Part shown: positions 9,889 through 17,774 of the stretch, one piece after another
How positions within the stretch are numbered: position 1 is the stretch's first letter
Layout: every line of letters starts with the position of its first letter
The notes under the pieces: model-generated
What the model was told of the DNA's origin: nothing
Databases searched by the model: none
What the model saw: only the letters and a program-made list of their open reading frames with translations
Made by a program: the position numbers and the translations under genes
Origin: Leptolyngbyaceae cyanobacterium
Lineage (GTDB): Bacteria; Cyanobacteriota; Cyanobacteriia; Phormidesmidales; Phormidesmidaceae
Assembly: GCA_965263355.1 (NCBI GenBank)
Contig: CBDHHL010000026.1
Span: 1 to 64,000 of the forward strand
Length of the DNA stretch: 64,000 bases
Reading direction: 5' to 3'

Positions 9889-10383
9889 ATGACACATTTA
9901 GCAAGACGTCCAAACACCATGCCTGTCCTAGCGGGTGACATCATTCACCCCACCCAGCTCGACACCGAACGGCAACAGCTGTTCTATGACGTGTTTAATC
10001 TCATCCCTCAGCCCTACCAAACCGCCCAGATGGTGGCGGATATCTGCCAGGGGCTGGCCCAACATCGAGAACAGGAACTGTGTGCCCTGAGCAGCCAGTT
10101 CCAAGGACTGCAACAACAGCAGGCGCAGCAGATGAACCACCACATGGCAACGCTGCAACAGATGTTGTTGGCTCAGCAACAAGCCCATCAAGATCTCCTG
10201 AGTCAGCTGGCCCAGCAACAGTTCAACATGCCGCCGCCCCCGCCGCTGATACCCACCATCAACCTGACCGTAGATAACAAAGTTGAAGCGACAGCTGGGG
10301 GAGACTCCACCAATGGGTTTCTAGCCATTTTCTTCGCTGTGCTCACAGTGCTGTGTATTGGCCTTATCACCGAAGGGGACTAA
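9889..10383 (+). CDS. Gln-rich coiled-coil protein with C-terminal TM anchor
   Basis: Q-rich helix, PPPPP linker, FLAIFFAVLTVLCIGLI. Confidence 0.75.
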   Translation: MTHLARRPNTMPVLAGDIIHPTQLDTERQQLFYDVFNLIPQPYQTAQMVADICQGLAQHREQELCALSSQFQGLQQQQAQQMNHHMATLQQMLLAQQQAHQDLLSQLAQQQFNMPPPPPLIPTINLTVDNKVEATAGGDSTNGFLAIFFAVLTVLCIGLITEGD

Positions 10384-10387
10384 CACC

Positions 10388-10897
10388 ATGAGTTTTAACG
10401 AACTAAAGCGACTAATCTCCACCATGCAACCGCCGGTCCAGGGTGCCGGAACCTCAACCCCGATGCCGGGCATCAAAAACTTTAATCTGGGCAAATCCTC
10501 TGGCGATGAACTACTGGCAGCCGTAGGCTTTGCCGGTCTCCTTGCCACTGCGGGCCTTTTCCTGGCTCCACGCCTGGTACCAGGGATGGACCATCTCGTG
10601 TTTTTCGGCTGGACTGTTGCTGTTGCAACTTTACTCAAATTCTGCTCCGAATGGCCTAATCCCAAGCCCCTAACCACCGCCAGCTTTACCCTTTGGGTCG
10701 CTCTTCTGCTGGAGAATCTCAACTATTTCCCCATGTGGAAGACCGGCTTACTGGTGCCCCTGGTGGCCACCGCCTGGTGGATTTTTAACGATCTCTTCCG
10801 CGATGGTAATGGCAAAGTCGCCTGGTGTACCCGCTTTGCCCTGGGGGCCTTTGGCGCAGTCGGCCTGCACTGGCTAATCACCGGCTCACTGGTTTAG
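10388..10897 (+). CDS. Multi-pass membrane protein
   Basis: 4-5 hydrophobic segments; ATG 4 bp after the previous stop. Confidence 0.75.
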   Translation: MSFNELKRLISTMQPPVQGAGTSTPMPGIKNFNLGKSSGDELLAAVGFAGLLATAGLFLAPRLVPGMDHLVFFGWTVAVATLLKFCSEWPNPKPLTTASFTLWVALLLENLNYFPMWKTGLLVPLVATAWWIFNDLFRDGNGKVAWCTRFALGAFGAVGLHWLITGSLV

Positions 10898-10970
10898 GCC
10901 AGTCCCTACCCCCATTATCAGGCGACTGCTTCCGGGTAGTCGCCCTTTGCCATGTTTAGAGGAAGTCACC

Positions 10971-12608
10971 ATGTCCCCCGCACAGTTCCAACGATTCAAG
11001 CAATTTTGTGCGATCGCAAACCAATACACCCAAGAATATCCCCAGGAATTTCAGGGCGTCTCCGGGCAGCAGATCTGGCGTGACCTGATTCAGGTGGCGA
11101 TGGCTTTGGGAGTGGTGAGCAATCGCCAGGAATTTGAAACCGGCTGGAATGTCCTGATGGCAGAGGAAGCATTCAACCTACCTGCCTATGAACCCAATCA
11201 AGGAACTGCCCCTGAAGCTACCCAAACAGAACCGTTACCCGAAGGCATGGGCTGCCAAATCGTCTCGGTACTCAAGGCCTTTCGGGTACAGGTGGATTAT
11301 CTGGGGGAAGTAGCAGGACCAACCTACACCCGACACCAGCTCAAGCCACGCTTGGGGGTGAAGGTATCAGCCATCTCTGCTCTGGCCACTGACCTGAAAG
11401 TTCATCTGGGGTTAGACGCCGTGCCAATTATCTCGGCCCAGTCAGGCAGTGTGGCCCTGGACGTACCGCGTCCGGATCGGCAGTTTGTCCTGTTTGAGGA
11501 TTATGTACAGTCAGAGTTGCGATCGTCGCCCCCCTCAAAAATCACCCTGGCCTTAGGCGTGGGTCTAGATGGCACCCTGCGAGAAGTGGATATCTCCGAT
11601 GCCAACAGTTGCCATTTGCTCGTGGGCGGCACCACAGGCGGCGGCAAATCTGGCGTCATTCGGGCCATGCTCTACAGCCTATTCTGGCGCTATTCCCCAG
11701 CCCTGGCCAAAGTACTACTGATCAGCATCAAACGCTCTGAGTTTCCAGACTTTCAGAATATTCCCTGGCTCTATGGACCAGTAGTGTCAGAAGCCACCGA
11801 AGCAGTCTATGCCCTGGAACATCTGTGTCAGGTCATGGACCATCGCGATCGAGTGCTGGCCGCTGCCCGCTGCAAAGATATCGATGTGTACAACCAAAAG
11901 CATCCGGCTAAACCCATGCCACGTTTACTCGCCGTATTTGATGAGCTGGCAGATTGCATGTGCGTCCTACCTGCCAAGGTCTCAAAGGAGGAATCGGAAC
12001 TACCCACCAGCAAACGGTTAGAAACAGCCATGGTACGGATTGCCCAGAAAGCCCGCTCCACTGGCATCCACCTCATCGTGGCCACCCAAAGACCTGAAGC
12101 GTCAGTCCTCACCCCGCTAATTCGTTCCAACCTCCCAGGAAGGATCGCATTACGTACCAAAACAGACGCAGACAGTCGCATGATTTTCGGCAATGACAAC
12201 GGATCAGCCGTAAACCTTCTGGGAAAAGGGGATTGCTTTCTAGCAACAACGGAAACAGAGCGGTTGCAGGCATTACATGTAAACCAGACGTTGATTGATC
12301 GGTTCTCTGACAAATATGTGGATTCTGTGGAGCCTGCAAGGCCCTGGGGGTTGGCAGCGGTACTTGAAAAAGTAGCCTCTGGGCGGACTGACGACCCATT
12401 GTCAGCAATTGTCAATTATCTGACCGAGCAAGGTGGACAGTCCACACAGCGAGAGATTCAGCGCAATGCATTGACTCAACGCTATAACGCTGAAGAAGTA
12501 GGAGCATTTCTCAAGCAGCTTGAGGGCTTGGGTCGGCTCGCATTGTCCAGGGACGGCAAAAGCACCCTAGTCAAGCTGTCAAAACCAGACAATGACAATG
12601 GACAGTGA
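10971..12608 (+). CDS. FtsK/SpoIIIE-family DNA translocase (soluble, C-terminal winged-helix-like domain)
   Basis: FtsK alpha domain (GPTYTRHQLKPRLGVKVSAI), Walker A GGTTGGGKS, Walker B AVFDELAD, KARSTGIHLIVATQRP, LLGKGD; GAGGA RBS before ATG 10971; no N-terminal TM region. Confidence 0.9.
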   Translation: MSPAQFQRFKQFCAIANQYTQEYPQEFQGVSGQQIWRDLIQVAMALGVVSNRQEFETGWNVLMAEEAFNLPAYEPNQGTAPEATQTEPLPEGMGCQIVSVLKAFRVQVDYLGEVAGPTYTRHQLKPRLGVKVSAISALATDLKVHLGLDAVPIISAQSGSVALDVPRPDRQFVLFEDYVQSELRSSPPSKITLALGVGLDGTLREVDISDANSCHLLVGGTTGGGKSGVIRAMLYSLFWRYSPALAKVLLISIKRSEFPDFQNIPWLYGPVVSEATEAVYALEHLCQVMDHRDRVLAAARCKDIDVYNQKHPAKPMPRLLAVFDELADCMCVLPAKVSKEESELPTSKRLETAMVRIAQKARSTGIHLIVATQRPEASVLTPLIRSNLPGRIALRTKTDADSRMIFGNDNGSAVNLLGKGDCFLATTETERLQALHVNQTLIDRFSDKYVDSVEPARPWGLAAVLEKVASGRTDDPLSAIVNYLTEQGGQSTQREIQRNALTQRYNAEEVGAFLKQLEGLGRLALSRDGKSTLVKLSKPDNDNGQ

Positions 12609-12610
12609 AC

Positions 12611-13668
12611 CCGTGAATATTTTGGCAGACAGATCGGCCCTCTGGGCCATCGATCTTAGCCTTCAACCGGGTAACTATCAGGCATTCCTAAGTGAGTGAA
12701 CTTATTGAGAATAGAACATTCCAACAGTAATTCTGTCGTTTGATTTTCAATACACCGTGCAGACACCTCACCTGTGAAAATAGTTTTGATTCGATACATC
12801 GCCGTTTCGCTCAGAGACCGTCGATGATAATTAATCTCTTCTTTCCAGGCGGAACGCCCCTGTTTACGAATCGCTCGTAAGTTTTCATCCCGTGGATGAG
12901 GATCCTGCTTGCGGTTGCCATGAAACCAAATCTTGGCATCTTTGCGAGGCGGTATCGCAGCCGTGGCGTCTCGCTCATCAATGGCATCGTAGCAATAGGT
13001 CCGGTCGTATGCCCCATCGGCGCTGACTTGGTCAATGTCGTCTGGGATTTGGTCGAGGAGGTCTGGCAATATTTCTCCATCACTAATGGCGTTTGAGGTC
13101 ACCACTGCCGCTAAGATCTCCCCTGTTTGCTCATCCACACCCAAATGCAGTTTGAGCCAAGTGCGTCGTTTACTCACTCCATGCTGACGGGTTTTCCATT
13201 CGCCTTCTCCATACACTTTAATCCCCGTACTATCGATCACCACATGACGTCCCCCAGTGGTGGGTTTCGTCGGTAAATCAATCGATAAGGTCTGTTGTCG
13301 ACGCGATAGGGTTGTATGCACCGGTAAGGCTACCGATACCCCCATCAACTCAAAGATAGATCCCGCAAAGCCGATGGTTTGACGCAACGCCAATCCATAG
13401 ATCACTTTCAACGTTAGTAATGTCTCAATAGCTAAATCGCTATACGTCTTAGACGCCCCTGGTTTACCTGTCTTTTGAGTATTTTCCCACGCTGCTATCA
13501 CCTCATCGCTGAGCCATAGGGTCAGGCTTCCTCGCTTGACCAAGGCAGCGTTATACTCAGACCAGTTGCGGAGTTTGTAAGTGCGTTTCATCGGTACCGT
13601 GTTTGTGTGGTAACTACACTTTACCGGCTCTTACGGCTCCGTAACTTCCTGATTCACGCACCAATCGG
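12611..13668 (-). mobile_element. IS5-family (IS903-group-like) element, ends approximate
   Basis: Upstream end reads TTGGTGCGTGAATC on the minus strand; the other end keeps only CGTGAAT. Confidence 0.7.
12656..13591 (-). CDS. IS5-family transposase
   Basis: NWSEYNAALVKRGSLTLW, IDSTGIKVYGEGEW, WLKLHLGVD, SADGAYD, YHRRSLSETAMYRIK. Confidence 0.95.
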   Translation of the reverse strand: MKRTYKLRNWSEYNAALVKRGSLTLWLSDEVIAAWENTQKTGKPGASKTYSDLAIETLLTLKVIYGLALRQTIGFAGSIFELMGVSVALPVHTTLSRRQQTLSIDLPTKPTTGGRHVVIDSTGIKVYGEGEWKTRQHGVSKRRTWLKLHLGVDEQTGEILAAVVTSNAISDGEILPDLLDQIPDDIDQVSADGAYDRTYCYDAIDERDATAAIPPRKDAKIWFHGNRKQDPHPRDENLRAIRKQGRSAWKEEINYHRRSLSETAMYRIKTIFTGEVSARCIENQTTELLLECSILNKFTHLGMPDSYPVEG

Positions 13669-13696
13669 TCTCGGTCTCTACTTATTAAAAAATTGT

Positions 13697-14857
13697 ATGA
13701 AGCGCAGGAAATTACTGAGTCAAGCAGCAATAGGGATAACTGGAGCAACAGCGATTAGCTGCTCTGGAAGCAGCTCTCCGGAGAAAATTGACTCTGATAA
13801 AGAACTGCCTGTGATCAACTGGCGTATGGCTACAAGTTGGCCGAGATTCGTTGATGTCTTTAAAAGCTTGAATATTTTATGCCAACACGTGGAGGAGATG
13901 ACGGATGGACGCTTTGCCATAACGCCTTACGAAATAGGCGCAATAGGTGAAATAGATGATCACGAAAAGCTATTGCATGCTGTTGCTGGTAATGAATCAT
14001 ATAAAGGTAACAAAGTACATTGTGGGCATACTGCTCTCTATTACTTTACGAATATAAATCCAGCCTTAGCTTTCGGAACGGCTGTTCCATTTGGTTTGAA
14101 TGCCCAACAGCAACATGCTTGGCTCTACCGTGGTTATGGAATAGAAGTATTACAAGAAGTCTTGGATCACCATAAGCTGAATCTGAAGTGGTTTCCTGCC
14201 GGAAATACAACTACGCAGACGGGAGGCTGGTTTAGGAAAAAAATCGTCAAGGTTGACGACTTGAAAGGTCTGAGGATGAGGATTCCAGGGCTTGCTGGCC
14301 GAGTGCTAGAACGCTTGGGCGTCATAGTAGAAGATCTACCTCCTCATAAGATAGTATCAGCCTTGCTTGAAAACAGGGTTGATCCGGATAAGGGTATTAA
14401 TGCTGTCGAATGGATTGGCCCCAGTGAGGATGAAACGCTAGGACTGCAGAAAGCCGCCCAAGTTTACTACTATCCAGGTTGGTGGGAGCCAGGAACTAGC
14501 TTTGCTCTATTGATCAATGGAGCTGAGTGGGACGCTTTGCCTCCCTCCTACCAAAATGTCTTAGAAGCAGCAGCAATGGAGACCAATTTGACTATGCTGG
14601 CCCGATACAGTGTTAGCAATATAGAAGCCCTAGAGCGTTTTGACTTCGAAGGGAAAAAACCAGTGCCTTTTAGCAAAACTCTCCTAAGACAGTTCTATCA
14701 AGCGGCCCTAGAAACTTATGAAGAATGTGCTTCAAATAATGAACAATTTGATAGAGTTTACCGCCAGTGGCAGTGTTTCCGAGAGCGCATCTACAGTTGG
14801 CATCAGATCAGTTCTCTTAGATTTAGCGAAATTGCTTATGAGGACTGGAAGGATTAG
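13697..14857 (+). CDS. dctP: TRAP substrate-binding protein (DctP/TakP-like), Tat lipoprotein
   Basis: MKRRKLL...ISC signal, WRMATSWP, VPFGLN, GGWF, DLKGLRMRIPG, YYYPGWWEPG. The ORF-track start (13607) lies inside the IS. Confidence 0.9.
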   Translation: MKRRKLLSQAAIGITGATAISCSGSSSPEKIDSDKELPVINWRMATSWPRFVDVFKSLNILCQHVEEMTDGRFAITPYEIGAIGEIDDHEKLLHAVAGNESYKGNKVHCGHTALYYFTNINPALAFGTAVPFGLNAQQQHAWLYRGYGIEVLQEVLDHHKLNLKWFPAGNTTTQTGGWFRKKIVKVDDLKGLRMRIPGLAGRVLERLGVIVEDLPPHKIVSALLENRVDPDKGINAVEWIGPSEDETLGLQKAAQVYYYPGWWEPGTSFALLINGAEWDALPPSYQNVLEAAAMETNLTMLARYSVSNIEALERFDFEGKKPVPFSKTLLRQFYQAALETYEECASNNEQFDRVYRQWQCFRERIYSWHQISSLRFSEIAYEDWKD

Positions 14858-14865
14858 AAAATAAG

Positions 14866-16221
14866 ATGAAGCGACGAACATTCTTTAAGAATATAACCTT
14901 GGGGACAGCAGGCACATTATCCGTCGACAACATAACTTCTACACAAGGAGAACAGCAAAAGCCTACTGCAGATGCTAACCCAACCGTTAAGTGGAGCATG
15001 GCGACTAGCTGGCCACAGTCCGACAACATAACCTTTCAGGCAGTCGATTACTTTTGCAAAAAAGTCAATGCTATGACTGATGGAGACTTCATTATTACTC
15101 CCTACCCAGCTGGCACAAATATTCCGAAGCTAGATAACAGAAGTATCTCAGCGCTAAAAGTTTTCTCTGAAGTGAAATCAGGAGCTATTGAGTGTGGTCA
15201 TACAGCTAGCTATTACTCTCTAGAAGAGGATATCTCTCTCGTTTTTAGAACGGGTGTCCCTTTTGGTCTTAATCCTTACCAACACTATGCCTGGTTTTAC
15301 TACGGTAATGGTCGCAAACTTATGGAAGAACTTCATAGCAACCATAACCTCAAGACATTTCCAGCGGGCAGTCCAGGATGTCAGATGGGGGGATGGTTCA
15401 AGGAACCAGTAAAGACCGTTAGTGATTTGAAAGGGCTTAGGATACGAATTCCTGGTTTCGGTGCAAGGGTTATTAAACTCATGGGTGCTGAGCCTGTGAC
15501 TTTAGGTGGGGATGAAATCAACGATGCCCTTGATAGAGGAGAAATTGATGGTATCGTCGATGCTATTGAGTGGCAAAATCCGTATGAAGATATGCAGCTT
15601 AAATTGCATACACTTGATAGTTATAAGTACTACTATTATCCAGGTTTTTGGGAGCCGGGAACAACTTACGAAATCATCATTAATCAAAATCATTGGAATA
15701 AGCTATCAAAAGCCTATCAACGTATTGTCGAAACTGCTGCTGCCACTACTAATTTAAAGATGCTGGCTGATTACGATGCTGCAAACGGCAAAGCTTTAAA
15801 GAATTTACATATTCCAAAGGATGAGTTCAAAAGAGGCACGCACAAAGTTAAATTGACAGCGTTTGAGCCAAGTATCCTAAAGCACGCCTATATAGTTACA
15901 TTTTTCTTACTCAAAAATCCTGAATTATTAAAAGAACCTAAACTACTCAAAAATCCTGAATTACTCAAAAACCCGCAATTATCTAACAGCTCTGAATTAC
16001 AAGGTTTGTTAGACAACTCCGAGTTACTCAAAAAACATAAATTTTTACCAGAGACTTCTCGCGAAATTGAAAAGTTTAAAGAGATATTTGCTAACTGGCG
16101 AGAATTTCGAAGTCGGATTTTTCAGTGGAATAAACTCAACGAGTTGAGCTTTGATCAGTTTTCTATGTATTCAGTTGACTCAATTCGCTCAGATGAGGGT
16201 TCAACTTGCCCAGATGAGTGA
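14866..16221 (+). CDS. dctP: Second TRAP substrate-binding protein with internal repeat insertion
   Basis: MKRRTFF Tat motif, WSMATSWP, DLKGLRIRIPG, YYYPGFWEPG; LLKNPE repeats. Confidence 0.9.
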   Translation: MKRRTFFKNITLGTAGTLSVDNITSTQGEQQKPTADANPTVKWSMATSWPQSDNITFQAVDYFCKKVNAMTDGDFIITPYPAGTNIPKLDNRSISALKVFSEVKSGAIECGHTASYYSLEEDISLVFRTGVPFGLNPYQHYAWFYYGNGRKLMEELHSNHNLKTFPAGSPGCQMGGWFKEPVKTVSDLKGLRIRIPGFGARVIKLMGAEPVTLGGDEINDALDRGEIDGIVDAIEWQNPYEDMQLKLHTLDSYKYYYYPGFWEPGTTYEIIINQNHWNKLSKAYQRIVETAAATTNLKMLADYDAANGKALKNLHIPKDEFKRGTHKVKLTAFEPSILKHAYIVTFFLLKNPELLKEPKLLKNPELLKNPQLSNSSELQGLLDNSELLKKHKFLPETSREIEKFKEIFANWREFRSRIFQWNKLNELSFDQFSMYSVDSIRSDEGSTCPDE

Positions 16222-17563
16222 ATTGAGAAGTGGAGCAGCGGTGATGTCATACCTTTCGCGTCTACGAAACTATTTCCAGCCATCACAATGGAACACAGCT
16301 TTCAAGAACCTTCTAATCGGTCATAAGCTCACGCTGGGCTTTGGTAGCTTAGTAATTATTACTCTGCTTGTCGTAAGTATGAGTTTTTTGGCAAGTCAAT
16401 TCGCCTCTGTATATATTCAGCGTACCCAAAAGCTGCGAGTACCAGCGGCCCTTACCTCAGTCAGTGCCCAGAGCAACCTGCGAGAGATGCAGTCAAATAT
16501 TCGTGCTTACATAGCTACAGGAGAACCCGAGTATCGCTATCGCTATCAGCAAACTCGTCAGGCTTTTGAAGGGGATTTAGCCAATCTCAACACGTTGTTC
16601 AACAATTATGGTGGAACTGACAACATCCATAATCAACGCCAGACATCAGAAGACTGGAAGGAAGATCTAAACTCCTGTAAAAGAGTAGCTGACAATGTCC
16701 ATAGCCAGCTTCAACTATTAGAAAATTATTACTGTGAATGGTTGAAACATCCAAATGAGATCATTGCTTTGCAGGATGATTTACTAGAGAAGCTGCCTGC
16801 CTTAAAGAGTTTTGAACAAGATTTACGAAAAAGAATTGTCGCCACTCAACAGAAAGTTGAGCAAATGATGAACGAGCAAAAACAGCGAGCACCATCTAAG
16901 CAAAATATGGCACTGCTATATGACATGGCAGAATTTCAAAATACTTTTTCCTTATCAGTCTCTGCCTTACGACAACATGTGATGACTCGATTACTCTCCT
17001 TTAGGTTTGAATATAGTGTGGTAGTTGATGACAATAAACAGATATGGGATAAACTCAGAGAAGAAGAACAGTTTCTAAGCCCTTCTCAGAGGGCACTTCT
17101 GGATGAGATCGGTCAAGAAAGACAAGCTTTCTTTAAACGACAGGAGGATATATTTAAGCAAATAGATAGTGACCGATATCGTGAAGACTTATTCCTCTTT
17201 CAAGGTGAGGCTGAACCACGGGCTACAGAGATGAGAAAGGTATTGGAAGACATAGTAAATGACCAGCAAACTTCACTGAATAAAGAACTCAGGGCAGGTG
17301 GCTGGAGCCTCATCATTGGTCAATTGTCAACGACAATAGCAGGTATCGTAGCTATAGTGTTGGGTTTTAGGATGGTTAAGCTCCTGACGCAGCAAATTGC
17401 GTCTCCTATTGTGGCTCTAACTAGAGCCACCGAATCCATCATAACTGGTGATCGGGTAGCCAGAGCTCCAGAGGAATCGGATGATGAAGTTGGAAAGCTT
17501 GCTCGTGCCTTCAATAACATGGCCAAACATCTGAAAAAATCCACTAATCATAATAATGTCTGA
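16214..17563 (+). CDS. Membrane sensor (TM-helical periplasmic domain-TM-HAMP) lacking an output domain
   Basis: KLTLGFG TM1, helical sensor region, TM2, HAMP ...DEVGKLARAFNNMA, stop about 12 codons later; ATG overlaps the end of dctP. Confidence 0.8.
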   Translation: MSELRSGAAVMSYLSRLRNYFQPSQWNTAFKNLLIGHKLTLGFGSLVIITLLVVSMSFLASQFASVYIQRTQKLRVPAALTSVSAQSNLREMQSNIRAYIATGEPEYRYRYQQTRQAFEGDLANLNTLFNNYGGTDNIHNQRQTSEDWKEDLNSCKRVADNVHSQLQLLENYYCEWLKHPNEIIALQDDLLEKLPALKSFEQDLRKRIVATQQKVEQMMNEQKQRAPSKQNMALLYDMAEFQNTFSLSVSALRQHVMTRLLSFRFEYSVVVDDNKQIWDKLREEEQFLSPSQRALLDEIGQERQAFFKRQEDIFKQIDSDRYREDLFLFQGEAEPRATEMRKVLEDIVNDQQTSLNKELRAGGWSLIIGQLSTTIAGIVAIVLGFRMVKLLTQQIASPIVALTRATESIITGDRVARAPEESDDEVGKLARAFNNMAKHLKKSTNHNNV

Positions 17564-17774
17564 ATCAGACGTATACGTTCTTGCTTCAGAGTAAGACTAA
17601 TAACCCAAATTATTATCCATGTCATTCCTGATTTGATTAGTCCTGACTGGAGAAATCGAGCTAATAAATTACGATGCTTACGCTGTTATTAGCAGAGACC
17701 CTCATCATGAACATTATGACCTTGTGAATAAGTCATTTTGAAATCTTACAATTAACCATTAGATTTCATTTCAT

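Noticed and set aside
10971..12608. Housekeeping cell-division ftsK
   Set aside because: No N-terminal TM region or typical gamma domain, and it lies in an att-bounded island.
12585..12608. GACA/TGTC repeats at the FtsK 3' end as a loading site or origin
   Set aside because: Too short, inside coding sequence, and cut off by IS5; cannot be supported.
13607..13696. ORF-track N-terminus of the first DctP
   Set aside because: Mostly IS5 end sequence; the Tat signal starts at 13697.
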